From contig JBLDXI010000017.1 of the NCBI GenBank assembly GCA_047495785.1, forward strand, positions 2,232,001 through 2,296,000: 64,000 nucleotides of DNA, written 5' to 3'. The notes under the pieces were generated by a model. That model was not told the origin of the DNA. It saw only the letters and a list, made by a program, of their open reading frames with translations, and made no database searches. This DNA comes from Lepidodermella squamata. Its lineage: Eukaryota > Animalia > Gastrotricha. Below, piece by piece: positions 36,501-49,681 of the stretch. How positions within the stretch are numbered: the stretch's first letter is position 1; the number at the start of each line of letters is the position of its first letter. A program made the translations under genes and the position numbers.

Positions 36501-38983
36501 CCTTCTTCAGCGTTCTTGGCCGGGGCTGCAAAAAATTCCCACACTTTTCGCTGTTTCACACCGCCGCCGTGTTCACCTGACTCGGATCGGTCGATTTTAG
36601 TCCGCTTTCGGCCAGATTTATTGTCAGGCGCTGGCGTCGGTGCTTTTGACGTCGAAGGCTCAGCCTCCATTGCGCTTGAAGTTCGAAAATCTTCGTCTAT
36701 AACGTCTTCAAAAACTGGTGACAATTCTTCAGGTGGCTCTTCTGCAGGAACAGTAGTGTCAGATTTTTTCAACGATATCATCATCGTTGTTTTCTTAGGC
36801 AAGAGTGAGGTCGATTTCCCTTTACCACGGCCACGACCTTTTGAAGTCCCAGCTACCATGGCCTTTTCCGGGGCCTTCAATTCCATCATAACTGCTTGAG
36901 GCTTGAAATTATCAGGGACCATTCGAGGATTGCCAGGAAATAACGGCAGCGTAGCCTTGGCGTTTTCGATTGATCTAATGAGAGTTTTTCTCTTTTTTAG
37001 ACCTTGCTCATAGACCTGATCTTCTTTCCCAGCCGTCACCAGCATAACACACCGGCCATCACGCTTTCTACCAGTTCGACCCATTCTAAAATTAAGAGTG
37101 AAAAATCTAATCACGAAAATGACTAGGAATCGTTACCTTTGTACGAGTCTGATCGGCGAGCGATGTTGATCGTAGCAAATAATCAGATCGACTTCGCCGA
37201 TATCAAGACCCTCCTCAACGATAGAAGTCGCAACAAGGGTGTTGAAATCACCACGTCTGAAACGTTCCATTATCAGCAGTTGGTCCTTTTGGCTCATTTT
37301 CGCTGCAGCAACTCGACCTGGGACAGGTAGAGCTCCATTACTGTTCTCATCTTCGGTATTCACTTCAGCAGGCTCTGCAGCTTTTTTGCCCCTACCACGG
37401 CCTCTACCTTTAGGAGCAGTAGTGCCAGCTGGCTTATCACTCGCGGTACTGCCCCCATGACCAATGAACACAACCGGTCGGATTAGGGGCCGATGTCGCT
37501 CCAATAACCTCTTGATTTCATCGACGGTATCACGATATTCCGCGAAAATAATAACTCGGCTTTCTTTCGGTGAGTCATCGCCATTTCCTTGACAATCCAT
37601 AAAATGCTTCAGTATAATTTCATCCAACGCCTTCATTTTTGGATGAACATCCGGTGGTAACGCCGGCTCATTAGAATCTTCGTTTGGCTTCACCTGATTC
37701 GGATCGAATTGAGTGGCGAGTTCGTTGAACAAGTCCAAGTAAGCCTGGTTTTTAGCCATTTCAGCTCGAACTCGAGGGATCGATTTGTCGCCGTGTAACA
37801 GCCCTTGCATGTGGTTATAAAGTGACCTTGGTCCATGAAGCTGAACAAGTTCCAAGCCATGATATAATGAAATGGCAATCATAAAATCTGACTCGATTCG
37901 TCCAGAAAACGGATTCTAGAAGAATTTAATAACGTAAAAAAAATATATCAAATCAATTTGAACTCACGGGGTGAGCTTGTTGTTGCATTCGAAAATTTTC
38001 ACGGGCTTTCAGTAGCATAAATCTCGTAACATTAATCGGGGCTTGTTTGAATAAAACATGGCTTGACTGAAGTCGGTTAACGTAAAATGCACAAATCTGC
38101 GGGATAAGAAAAGCATATTAGTGTTATATTGAAGTCAATAGCGAGAAACAAACCGCGACATATTTATCAACAATTGAGGAAAGATTCCCTTCAAGGTTAA
38201 CAACAACTTTCTCGATCAACTTGTGATGGGTGTAAGGTTGAACGTCGATGGATTCCTCGCTTCTAATTTCAACATGCGATATCATGATATTGGTTACCAA
38301 CTGTTGCACATCCTGAAATCATTCAGAGTGATGGTTGGAAATTAAAACCAGCCGCACAATAGAGGTAACAGTACCTTCAGGTCATTTCCCGGAGTTGCAG
38401 AAAGCGCAAGAACCCTGAACTGCGTGTTGTTGCGGCAGATTTCTCGAATGACTTGACAGTAAGCGTGATTCTTTTGAGCCTTGTGAGCTTCGTCAATAAC
38501 AAGGCATCTAATCATAGTACCATCGCAAACTCCTCTGCCAAGATCGTTCATAATCACTTGTGGAGTTAAGAAAAATATTCTTTTGCTACGCCACATTTCG
38601 GCGCGAGTAACTGGCTGTTGGGATCCTGTCATTTCCGTCATATCTTCCTGAGGAATACCCATGACATTATAGCATGCATCTATTTGCTGAGCAACAAGTG
38701 GTCTCGTTGGGGTCATAAATACAATCTTGCCTGTCGGGTACCATCTGCAATTAATTTAGCTGAGTCAACCTCTGATAAACACTGAGCAATAATACCGATA
38801 GAAGTTGTACATGACCACGGCAGCAATAAACGTCTTTCCAAGTCCAGTAGGCAAGCATACCAACGTATTTTTAAACAAGGCATTTTTAACGATGTTGTAC
38901 TGGTAATCACGAACAGGTAAATTTGATGGATAAATCCAATTCGTCCCAGTTGAATCATCAAATCCCGAGCTATCTTCAGGCAT
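30507..38983 (-). CDS. FANCM: FANCM DEAH helicase/translocase with C-terminal ERCC4-like and HhH domains; 5' end uncertain
   Basis: [53 protein letters not shown]|MGRTGR. ERCC4-like exon 33422-34592 splices in phase to 30750-31064 (KIPILY...RFFESI..ALKLA..YPSL, HhH-like) and then to a last exon ending at 30507. Confidence 0.93.
31825..32673 (+). CDS. Intronless 282-aa protein of unknown function, nested antisense in a FANCM intron
   Basis: 849-nt ORF with ATG and coding-like composition against AT-rich flanks. AATAAA lies 3 nt after the stop. Confidence 0.7.
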   Translation: MKSSLVPATPPPSIIRSNRTVAASPSFSQFTLLSPFEFNEEESSRQRQPTSIMASILAPSPYPSSESEGSSKIPSPEPNANQVEVASPGSRTSTEIHRRPVPYFKNLDHFRQIIGEGRVDRKTLRHWFNWSVLQEEREGLRTPEPKSRYPRTYKTHPPLDTFDVGSTALEQKANYDAQKWDHNANRTGEEPWGKFAPVLLTMKYVTPVVKQHGSLPKFISRDAGTRDKNVFVPPYDEFPKDSVDNITRQVRILKQLRDSAYDKDIVRNYTFEREDKEKKKKF

Positions 38984-39968
38984 CTGTGAATCTAGAATTA
39001 ACAACAAGAATAATGAACCATGCGACAAAAAGAACGGTAGCTATTTTCAATGTTAACAACTTCCAATAAGATGATGAGCGATGGCATGATTCAATGTAAA
39101 GCGCATCAAGAGACAGCTAATGTAGAAACAAGATTCCGAGACAGGAAAAACTAAACATTGTTTAACTATCAAATTCCAACGACCAAGAGCAACCCCATAA
39201 TGATCATTGTGCAAAATTATAAGATTTTCAGTGTGGGTTTCAAGATATTTAACGATTATGATGCTAACTCCATTGCTACTCCATTGCAATTAATCAAAAA
39301 TGAACACACAACCCGCCCTAAGAAACTAAGTAATGAACACACAACCCGCGCGGATCGCGATTCGATTTTATTCGATTTTGAGACAAATGGAAAAATCTGT
39401 CAAGGAATGCGCGCCCTAATTTAAAAATACATTTCACACATAAAATTCTTTAAATATATAGTTTACTTTGAATTTTACATTTACGTAAAACTTTGGGAGC
39501 GTGACTAATAATTTGCAAAATGTAATGCAAATCTGACCTTCAACCTTTTCACATCAAAGTGAGCGCATCATCCGCGATTTTTTCGAAGGCCAAAGATCGA
39601 CGAAACCCGGGCTGAAAAATCTTAGTAGTTGCCCGTTGGCATTTGTTCAGTTTCCTGTGCGAACGTGCCAGAGTTCTCAGTAGACATGGTCGATTTAATC
39701 GGAAATGACTGCAACTTTGCACCTTGAAAATAACCTCTATTTTATCTGTTATTTGGTACTTCATTTCTTATTTCTTCGATTGCGTAGTTGTTGGAATTGA
39801 CTTGGGCGCCCTTTTCCAGTCTTGATTCTATTCCAGGCGATAGCTTTGCACTGCTTATTTGTTATTTGTTGGTACTAGTACTAGCACTTTTTTCCTCCTG
39901 TAACCTGTAACTCGCTGTTCTGATCGTTGTAACTATTTTACGCTAGACCCTCATTTATTAGACTCAAC

Positions 39969-40304
39969 ATGCTGCGAAATATCGTGTCGTCTCTTCGGTT
40001 GGGTTTCACTCATCGCAACAGCATTCTACCCATGAGCCGATTATTATCCTTATCAAGGGTTGACAATCATGGCAAGCATGATGACCACGATCATCATGAT
40101 CATGACCACGACCACGACCACAAGCATGAAAAGGGGAAGAAGCAGAAGGTTCAAAAAGACGAGCGAAAATTTAATGATGATGCCGCTTATGCTAGGTTTG
40201 AAGACGACAAAAACCCTGTAACTGGTGAAATCGGAGGCCCTCGAGGCCCAGAACCTACGAGATATGGAGATTGGGAGCGCAAAGGTCGCGTTACAGATTT
40301 TTGA
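39969..40304 (+). CDS. SDHAF4: Succinate dehydrogenase assembly factor 4 (DUF1674)
   Basis: Mitochondrial-type N-terminus and the signature [30 protein letters not shown]. Confidence 0.95.
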   Translation: MLRNIVSSLRLGFTHRNSILPMSRLLSLSRVDNHGKHDDHDHHDHDHDHDHKHEKGKKQKVQKDERKFNDDAAYARFEDDKNPVTGEIGGPRGPEPTRYGDWERKGRVTDF

Positions 40305-40460
40305 ACCTTGATAGATTGACCAATTATAATCCTGTGTACTGTATAAGTGCTTTCGAGTGTATAATAACTTTAATACCCTATTTTCCAACAAGTGAAGAAT
40401 TAGATGACAATTGTTATACTTCATGTTTTTGATTCTAGATCGTATTATCGTTAGACTAAA

Positions 40461-41800
40461 ATGTCTGAGAAGCCGAAAATAATGAAGACGAAGAAGAAGA
40501 AGATCAAGATTCTGCACCCGAAAGCGAAATTGTTCAGATCGTCGGATCCATCCATGAGCGTCTTCATGTGGGGCATTAACTACATGGGATCGGAAATGCA
40601 GCATATTCAAATTCCTGTTATGCTGTTGCCGGAACATTTCAAGGCATTCACGAAAGTGAAAGTTGAAAACAAGGACTTCAATAAGGAAACGATGCCTAGT
40701 CACTACAAATTTAAAATTTACTTTCCGGTTGCCTTCAAGATCATACGAGAACGGTTTGGTACTGACGACTCTTTATATGTTCGCTCTTTAACGAGTCGTG
40801 AACCATCACGCGTCATTCCTAACCCTGGTCGCTCATCGTCTCGATTGATGTCGACTGCCGACGAACGATTCGTCGTTAAAACCATCGGTGGCGACGAAGT
40901 TGGACAACTTCACGCCTTAATCCGCCCGTATTACGAATATCTCGTAACAAACAGCAGTGGCACATTCCTGCCTCATGTTCTTGGCCTGTATCGGGTTACT
41001 GTTGGCGAACAGGACAGTTACTATTTTGTCATGAGCAATGCGTTCGAGCGGAATTATGCTATCAAGGTAAAATTTGTCTGGCAATTTATGATATCGTTGA
41101 ATCGAATTGTTTGTAGGTAAAGTACGACTTGAAGGGTTCCACTTTCGATCGACAAGCCTCCGAAAAAGAAAAGCAAAGACAGTTTCCAACTTTCAAAGAT
41201 GTTGACTTCGTTGAATCGCAATCAAAGTTGTACGTCGGAGCTCAACAAAAAGCTCAGATTCTAAGCATTCTTCAAAGAGACGTCGATTTTTTGAGCTCTC
41301 AAAACCTTATGGACTACAGTCTATTAGTCGGCATCCATGACCCAGACGCAGTTGCAATCGAGAAGAAGGAAGATCAAGGTTGTAAAGTTTTTACCTCTTT
41401 TACTCTTAATAATTTTTCCGTAAATCTAGGTGATGAATCTGCACCGGAATATGACTATGCCACCGCGAGTAGTGAGGAATCCGAAGAGGAGCAACCCTCT
41501 CAGCTCAACGATCCCCCATCATCGCCACCACCTTATTCGGCCGGGGCATCAGCGGCGCCTGAAGAGCCGAAGAGCAAGCACCTGCCCAGAGTAAATATGT
41601 TTCACTCATCACCAGACGCACCGAAGCGCGAGGTTTATTTTCTGATGATAATCGACGTTCTAACAAACTACGGCGTAAAAAAATGGACTGCTCATACCGC
41701 TAAAACGCTGAAGCACGGCGCTGATGCCGAATTCTCGACAGTAGCTCCAGATACGTACGCAAAACGATTTATCGATTTCATCGGCAGCATTTTGGCGTGA
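40461..41800 (+). CDS. PIP4K2: Phosphatidylinositol 5-phosphate 4-kinase type II
   Basis: KLFRSSDP.MSVFMWGIN, MPSHYKFKIYFP, KYDLKGSTFDRQASEKEK, FKDVDF, LMDYSLLVGIHD, IIDVLTNYG, STVAP..YAKRF. Two short introns. Confidence 0.95.
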
Positions 41801-42639
41801 TAATAAAATAATATTTAAGGTGGATGAACAAATATAGACTGCATGAACCACAATGAAAAATCGATGCAAATTACTGAGCTGACTATTCACTAATACTTTT
41901 ATGATTTGCTTAGAAGCCTTCCATTCTTTGAAGTGAAATGTGAACTTGAAAAACAACGCTCGAGCTTCTCATCATCGTAGTCATATTCATTTCTGTTTAT
42001 TTATCTGTGCTGCGGTTTTGTCTTCTTGCGATACCTCGAATTGGTCTGCCCTACTCGTTTCTGTAATGCATACTATTTCAGTCGCGGTTGAGGACGCGCG
42101 CGCGTTTTAACCAATCGTGATCGCCAACTGAATGTATTTGCGAATAGAATAGCTTGCGATTTACGTTGTAGGTCTGCTAAAAATGGAACCAACTTTGCCA
42201 TGAAATTCCGTTATGTTTTTTAATCGGAAAGGAATTGATTGTTATGTTTTGCTTGAGTTGAACTGGTGGATTCTATAATTGATATAGATTTACGTCTGAC
42301 TTGCTTTCTTCGTAATTTTTCTCGTCAATTTTCTGTTTTGCTACTCGCTCTGGCCTCAAAAATCTTGATTGAAAATTGGCGATGGTTCTTTTTTAAAAGT
42401 TGTAATATTCGCCGCTATCCGGTCTTGGCAGGTCACTTCTGTCTGTCGTCTGCGTTGTTGAGTCACCGAGCCATATCGTATGATGACTGATTTTTGTGTG
42501 TTTTGTATTTAAAAAAGATGATGAAAGTTTTTGAACAACACAAGAAAAAAAACTGTTTCAGATAATTAAAAATTATTATCAATAATAAACGTTTTGTTTG
42601 TGATCGAAAAACAACCCAGTTTAGTTTTTTGTTATTATC

Positions 42640-45600
42640 ATGCCGTTGTTGACCGACTCGCTGTTGCTATGCGAAACAGCGCCGGTTGTTGTGGACGCTA
42701 TTTTTGTCGACTGCTCTGTTTCTGTTTTCGACTGCTATCATCGCCAGCTGATAAAAAATTGGTTGAATAAGCATTTCGTGGCAGGTCATTCCACATGTTT
42801 GGCGTCGTTCGAGGCCGAACTCGGCGCTTTGATCGCAAAAGCTGTGGCGAATGCGGACGGTAATTGTGATGCGAAATGGTCGCTGCGGTTTGTCAATGGA
42901 TTTCAGCTGCTCAGCGAGTGCGACGCATCGATCCGGCGACTGCTCGAGTCGGGCACTTGCGCGCAAATGATTGTTGATTACTTCGCGGCCGCCATAAATA
43001 GATTTATTCTTGACACTAATAGCAGCACCGCCACCACCAGCTCGCCATGCGGCGGCGGCAGTGGCCTTGTCTATTTAGAGGCGAAGCTTTTGCTCAAATT
43101 GGTTCAGATATTTTCGCGCATTTTCGGCAAAATTCAGAACCATCGATCGATTTGTGTGCCCGCTCAGCTAATCGAGGCGCTGTGGACCCTGGCCGCGTCG
43201 GATTTATACGAATTGGATGTAAGAATAAATGATCATGATAATCCACTATTATGGTGGCGGTGAATACGAACTAGAAAAAAAATTGATGTTTTTTCATCCA
43301 GGTTCGCCAGGCATCGACTAATCTCATTGTGCAGTTGGCTTCCCCTAATCAGCAGTATTTTTCTTTCAAAAATCGATCTGAAGCGCTTATCGAAAAAATG
43401 GTCCCGAAAGATAGGCAAACTGCGTCTAAATTGTGCCTAAAAATTCTGGGCGCTGGGGCTTTCTGCAGTCAGCTCTTACCTGCCCAATTAGCCGCCGATG
43501 AATTGAATAATGGAGAAATTTTGTTGTTGGTTTTACTGGAAGATATCTCAAATTGTTGTTCAACAAGGTTGTAGAAAAAAATGAGAAAAAATATTTTAAT
43601 TTCGTACATTTACAGGATGTCGACGTCTTTTGCGATAGCTTTCTATCGCAGTTTATTAAGCTGGACCAAGGCTGCCGTGTAAATTTACAAAAAATCGCAG
43701 AATAAACTGTGAAAATATTGAGTTATGTGTTATAGAGCGGCATGCGCGTTGCGTTCAAATCAAATTTGGTCCACCTCAAATGTTTCGCCGGTCATGCGGC
43801 TATTCGTTCAGTTGATAGAAAGCGGCTGGGATTGTCATGCAGAGGTGAAATATCATTTCGCCATCGTGAATTTTTTAATATTTTTTTCTTAAGGTGGTGC
43901 GAGATTTGGTTTCTGAAGTCTTCGAAACACTGCTTATGTTATTCAGAAATACGATGAATTTATCTTCAAATGAGGACAATTTCCTGGGTGATCTGATTTG
44001 CACGCTACTGCGAACTGACTGGCAGTCACGGTTGAAATATCGCCCGCTATCCCAAATCACCGAGCTATTTGGCCCTGCGATTCTTTTCGAATGCGCACGA
44101 AAGGTTGATCTTGACATTCCTGAGAAAATCAGCACGGCTTTCTGTGATCGAGCTATCGCACCCCATGCTGCTACATTCATTTCCGCTATCGTAAAATCAG
44201 CTATGTGTCACTCGTCTTCGAACTTCGACGAGGACGGATTTTTGGAGGGTATGATAAGCCACGTGGTCGATGCGGCTGCGTGCGACGAGGCGGTAACACG
44301 GCATTTTGTGACATTTGCCGTGCCGAAACTGTTGAAAGTTCGTGGAAAGCGGGTTGTTGACGTCATTATCAACCGGTCCGGAAGTCGGCCTGGCCTCGAT
44401 CGGCTGCCGGACGCTGAGTATTTGATTTTGTTCTCTGTATGCCGGACAGCGCGTGCCTCTGGCCTCTATGAGCTGGGCGACGCGGGCAGCGAAAACGGAA
44501 CCGCGAAAATGGCCGTGCTATTGAGTGAAGCACTCAATCACTCAAACATACACGTATGTGCCTTGTTGCATGATCTAATTACTAGCAGTAGTAGTAGTCG
44601 TAGCGCATTCATCGTGGCTTATTTTCCGCCCCGATTCTCCGCCGACCAGAAGTCCCTAGGGCATTGTTTTTGCTATTTTGGCCGCGCAATAATTTTTCAA
44701 TTCATAGAACTTTGATTAAACTACTCGCGGCTATAAAAGCGCCATTTTTTCAGTGCAATATTGACTATTTTTTCCGGTCTCTGCCCTCACAACATCCGTA
44801 TTATTACTGCTACCCAAATGGCCTCATATTACATTACTTCCTGTATTCGTTGCAGGTGGCAGGGTTTTAAGTCAATAATTTTATTAAAAAAGTAGAACGT
44901 AAATAACGGGAATAATAAATTATTGTTTTTCTACAGATTCGGCTCGAGGCGTTTGGCTTTCTTAGCGAGAATGTCCGCATTGGCCAAGCGCTATGGGCGT
45001 GGGAGCTAGATGCAATCGAGCGATTCATCGCCGCGTCTTTCAAGGTGGATTCCAGCGATTTCCGCCAGGCTTACCGCTCGCTTTTCCGAAAATTTCTCAG
45101 CCGATTGCGAGACAGTGGCAATGTGTCCGAACGGCAACGGCCCGGGTGTGAATTAGTCAAAAATTACATCGGCTTTCTCGATCGAATGATTGGCCTCGCG
45201 CTGGAATCGCTCACATTTCCAGGCTCAGCTTTCGCCAGGCGATCGACAGCTCTCAATCTGCTGAATGTGATCGCTAGAGTTTTCCCGAAAAACGAATGCA
45301 GCTGGTTCGATTTCACGAAATGCTGCTTCGAATCGCGTCATACCACCTTAATTTTGCTGCGGGCCTTGATGCGTGATACGTACGAAGACAACAAAAAACT
45401 GGCGTATGAGTTGTTATCGCTATTCTGGCGAAATTGCGAGAGTTTAGTTGAGAGGGATGAAATTTTCGAGAAGGCTACCAGTCTTTCACAGAGCACTAAT
45501 CCTCAAAATGGGGTAACTGCGGCTTACCTGTTCAAATTACTGGCTAGTAGATTTGACGCAAATGGCGCAGGGATGGCTGAATTTATGTCTAGTACCTTGT

Positions 45601-48600
45601 TAGCTAGTTTGAAAGAACAGCTCGAGGTGGCTAAATCAGATCTGTCAAAAGCTGCTGTATCGCGGCCCTTGTACCCGACGATTATATGCATTCGTTACCT
45701 GATTGCTGAGTTCCGTCAAACGCTTTCCGACTCGCCGGTTGAATTCCGAAAATTCGCCCTGGAGTTGATTTCCACCCTCCAATCGGTTTCAGACGTAGTT
45801 TCGCCAGTGATAACTCATCAGAGCCCTGAGGGTTTGAACCTGGATGAAGTTGAGAATGAAAATGACGATGAAAATGAGACAAACGATCTTCTGCCCGAAT
45901 TCCTAACAGTTTGCTGTTGGCGGTCGATAAAGGAGGTTTCGCTAACCTTATCGCTATTAGTCGAAATTTCAATCGACCAAGCCGATAATTCTGGATCAAT
46001 GAAACTGTTGACCCTTGATGAATTGAAAAATTTGGGTAATTACTTCTCGGAAATGTTGTTGAAAGCTCGGCATCGGGGCGCGTTTGAAATCGCCTACGCT
46101 GGTTTCGATCACATTTGCGCAAAGTTATGGCAAGCCCAGTCGACTCTATTGAACGTCTTACCAACTATGTGGCTGAAGCCCCTCCTTAACTGTTTTGAAT
46201 CGACGGGCGATAACGTATCCCTATCGGCTACTCGTCGAAGTGCGGGTCTTCCGTTCTACTTCCAGGCCGTGGTTGGCAATGAGCCTCGATTGACGAGATC
46301 TGTTCAAGTTTCTTTGCTAGAAACTGTTCTAAAGCTGCTCATCCAACGAACTTTTATGACAAATTCGGAAAATGACATAGTTCGCGTTCATGCCCTGAAT
46401 ATTCTTCGAGCTCTGGTTCGAGATTCGCGGCTTGAGCAAGCCGTTTCGCCCTACCTAGGCGACGCTTTCATCACAGCGATGACAGCTTTATCCTCGAAAA
46501 ACTGGTCGATTCGAAATTCAGGGACTTTGCTATTCTCCGCCTTAATGAATCGCGTTTTCGGGGTGCATCGCGAAAAATTCACGCCGGCAAAGAAAAACAG
46601 CATGACGGGTCGATTATTTTTCACCCTGTACCCGAATTTATTCCAATTTTTGTTGAATTACTTCTCGGACGCGGATAACGAGGCGGCCTCTTCAGTGGCT
46701 GTTACGTTTTTGTCACTGTTCGAACATTTGTACCCGTCGCCTTTCGATGTGAATGAGGCGGTGGCTAATGCCTCAATCTCCGGTGGCAATGATGACAACG
46801 ACTTGGCGAAATCGGTTCAAGTCAACGTCTTCGCCTTCATTCCTGCCCTAATTTCGCTGCTAGGGCATCGAGCGATCCGAGTTCGTATCATGGCGTCGAG
46901 AAGTATTCGAAATTTCGTCACCATCGATTCGCTGCCAACTTTGCTCGAAACTTTGATCAATCGGTATAATGAAACCAGTGGTTGGAATTCGAATCTAGCC
47001 GATGGATATTTGACGCTTCTTCGCAAATTGGTTTCAATGTTTGCTACTGATCAAGAAGCGTTCGAATTGCTTTTCGAGGTCTCTAAACTATTCGTTGAAA
47101 GATTTGTATCAGAAAAAGATAATGGCCTCGTGAAAGCAGGAATCTTGCATCTTTTCCTAAAAATGGTTGAAATGAAACCGGAAAAATTCGAGAAAACTGG
47201 CCAGTTGTACGAAATTGCGGAAATTTACGCTAAATCAGCCATTGACTGCAACGACGGCCCGTCAACTCTATTCATCCGAGCTGTTCAGTTATCTATTTTG
47301 ATTGCTTCACAGAAGAATTGCTTGAACACAGTCGAAAACTACGTCCTGCACAGGTCTAAATTCGTGAGATCCACGGCAATTGACTGTTTCAATGAAATTT
47401 TATTGCGACAATTTTTGAAACGAGAAAAACACGACGGCGGGCTGGTCGCATCGCTATTTGACGATCGGCTCGGGAAGGACGAGGAATACGTTGAAATCGA
47501 TTTCAGAGGCGATTTCTGCATTGAGAAGAGCGAATTACTGAACATTTCATGGCAGCAGCTGCGTGCACTCGATGTCGCTGAGCACGAATTTGAAGTTTCG
47601 AAATTGCTGAATTTGATCGCGTTTTGTGTCCTACTAAAAAGTGGCCCGCTTGAACCGGCTCTCGCTGAGAATATTTTCACGCGGCTTCTTCAAATTCTGT
47701 CAACTTTCGGCCATTTGTCCGAACTAGCCCAACCATGCAATCGCGCTCTATCAGCCGTTGCGCCTTTCCTTAGCCGGAATTCGCAAGAAAAAATCGTGGC
47801 TGTGCTGTCTGAAATGGTGTCTGGAAGTGACGACTACGCCAAATTTCGTCTGGCGATTTTCGGCCTGAGCCGCTTGCCACGTGACTGCGTCCTCCTTAAT
47901 AATACGGCATGTGACGTCATGTTGACCCTGTTGACCTCGAGCGAACCCGATATCCGCGTTCTGGCTAGCTGGTACATAACCCGGCGAATCGCACCCGTCG
48001 AACTCGAACTCGCGTCTTTGCACTCGGGCCAGGCGTTGGTTGTTTTCTTGGCAGTGGTAGCAAGTAGCCGTCCGGTTGCGGACGCCGTGCAATGGCTGCT
48101 GGCTGTTGCGACATCGCCAAAACGCATGATGACGAATGAAGGCGGCGAAAATCTTCAACAGGTGTTTGAGGCTGAGGAAACGAATCCGTTTGCTGAAGAT
48201 CGTCTCGTTTCAAATAATTGCGTCTTTCTAATATCAGTCCTCCTTAATGGAATACCTAAAACGACTGACCAGCTGTTTTCCCGCCTCAGATTACCTGGAC
48301 CCGTAATTCGGGCGCTGAATCATTTTTTCGAAAAAATTGACGTGAAAGTCGACTCGGCAATGTTGGCTTCAATCACAGAAAATCAGCTATTGTCAGGAGA
48401 AACTTTAAATGGTGAAAGTAAAAATATTTCTCGCCAAGAAGCGGCGAAATTAATTGTAAAATCTGTGCAAGAAATGAGCGCGAAAAGTGAAGAAGATTTT
48501 GCGTTGCTGATGAGAAAATGCAAGCCATCGCAATCGGCGATGATGCGGAGTGATATATTCTACCAAAGATTGCTACTATGCAAAATTTTGGCTGGTTGCG

Positions 48601-48701
48601 GTGGTTTTACCTTCTATTTCGGACTTGATAAGCATCTGATTGGTTCGGATAGTTTGGTTCTGGGCGATTCGACGCATCTGGAATCTATGCTGATCTGCTG
48701 A
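42640..48701 (+). CDS. THADA: THADA/Trm732 armadillo-repeat protein (multi-exon)
   Basis: DUF2428 motifs CCWRSIKEVS, RHRGAFE, TRRSAGLP, VHALNILRAL, WSIRNS..LFSAL..RVFG. Confidence 0.9.
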
Positions 48702-49681
48702 AAAAATGCACACACAAAAATGATGAAAGAATCACACACATTTTGATGCAATATATAAAGAAAATAAAATAATCAATTGTGCCCCGTAAATTATATGTGA
48801 TCGAGTTGTCTTTTGTTGAAATATCAATGAAAATCAAATGAGGAAGGAAGCCTTTATATTTCACAGTTTCACGGAAAAAATTGATTTTCGAGGAAAAGCA
48901 GCAGATGAGAAGCTGATCTGAGATCCTGAATTACAGACGCTGGCTGAAAAAAATGGTGGGGCTGGAAACCACCTGTTGATTAAATATATAGCTTGCAGGT
49001 TTTCTGAGACGGGGAAAGCCGAACTCGGAGGGGAAAGCAAAATCCGTATTTTGGCACGGAAGCCGACATTTCATACGTGCGGTTTTATCCCGAATTTGGA
49101 TAAAAACACAGACTTTGGGACAGGCGCTCATTGTTACGTAACTCCACGCTGTGATTCACGTATGGGTTTTTATCTCATGCGTGCTCGAAATCTCTCTGTT
49201 CGTTTTTGAAGCGTCGCCAGCGTGTGCGACTGAACGATCAAAGTGGAACCCAGTGCTGACTTTATAAGCACTTATTTGAGCGCATTTGCCATAATTTATC
49301 AACTTTTATAAAGACTTTTTTACTGGATTTCATTCATCGCGAAGCGCGATCCAAATGAGAGCGCTCGTGACTTCTCTTCGAGATCGCGTGTGAGATCGGC
49401 ACGCGCCGACAGTATGTATTCATTCATTGTTTGGCGTCCATTCAGTTCGCGTCAGCATCCAGCCGAGCATAACTCTCATTTTTTAAATTTTCATTTCAAT
49501 TCGAAAATCATTTCTAGATTTTGGCTTGAAGCCTAATCTAGTTATCATCATCCCTTTATGTTCATAGAGATAATATCTTTATAGTTTAATCACAGCTTGG
49601 CAAAACAAAACACGCGGTAAAATCTGAGGGAGAAGAAGATTTTCTACAAACTAATCCAGAGTCAGCAGTCCCCAAGTCCTA

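Noticed and set aside
39299-39349. 18-nt direct repeat AATGAACACACAACCCGC (two copies)
   Set aside because: An isolated local duplication upstream of FANCM with no supportable function.
40053-40703. 216-aa minus-strand ORF
   Set aside because: Antisense shadow of SDHAF4 and PIP4K2.
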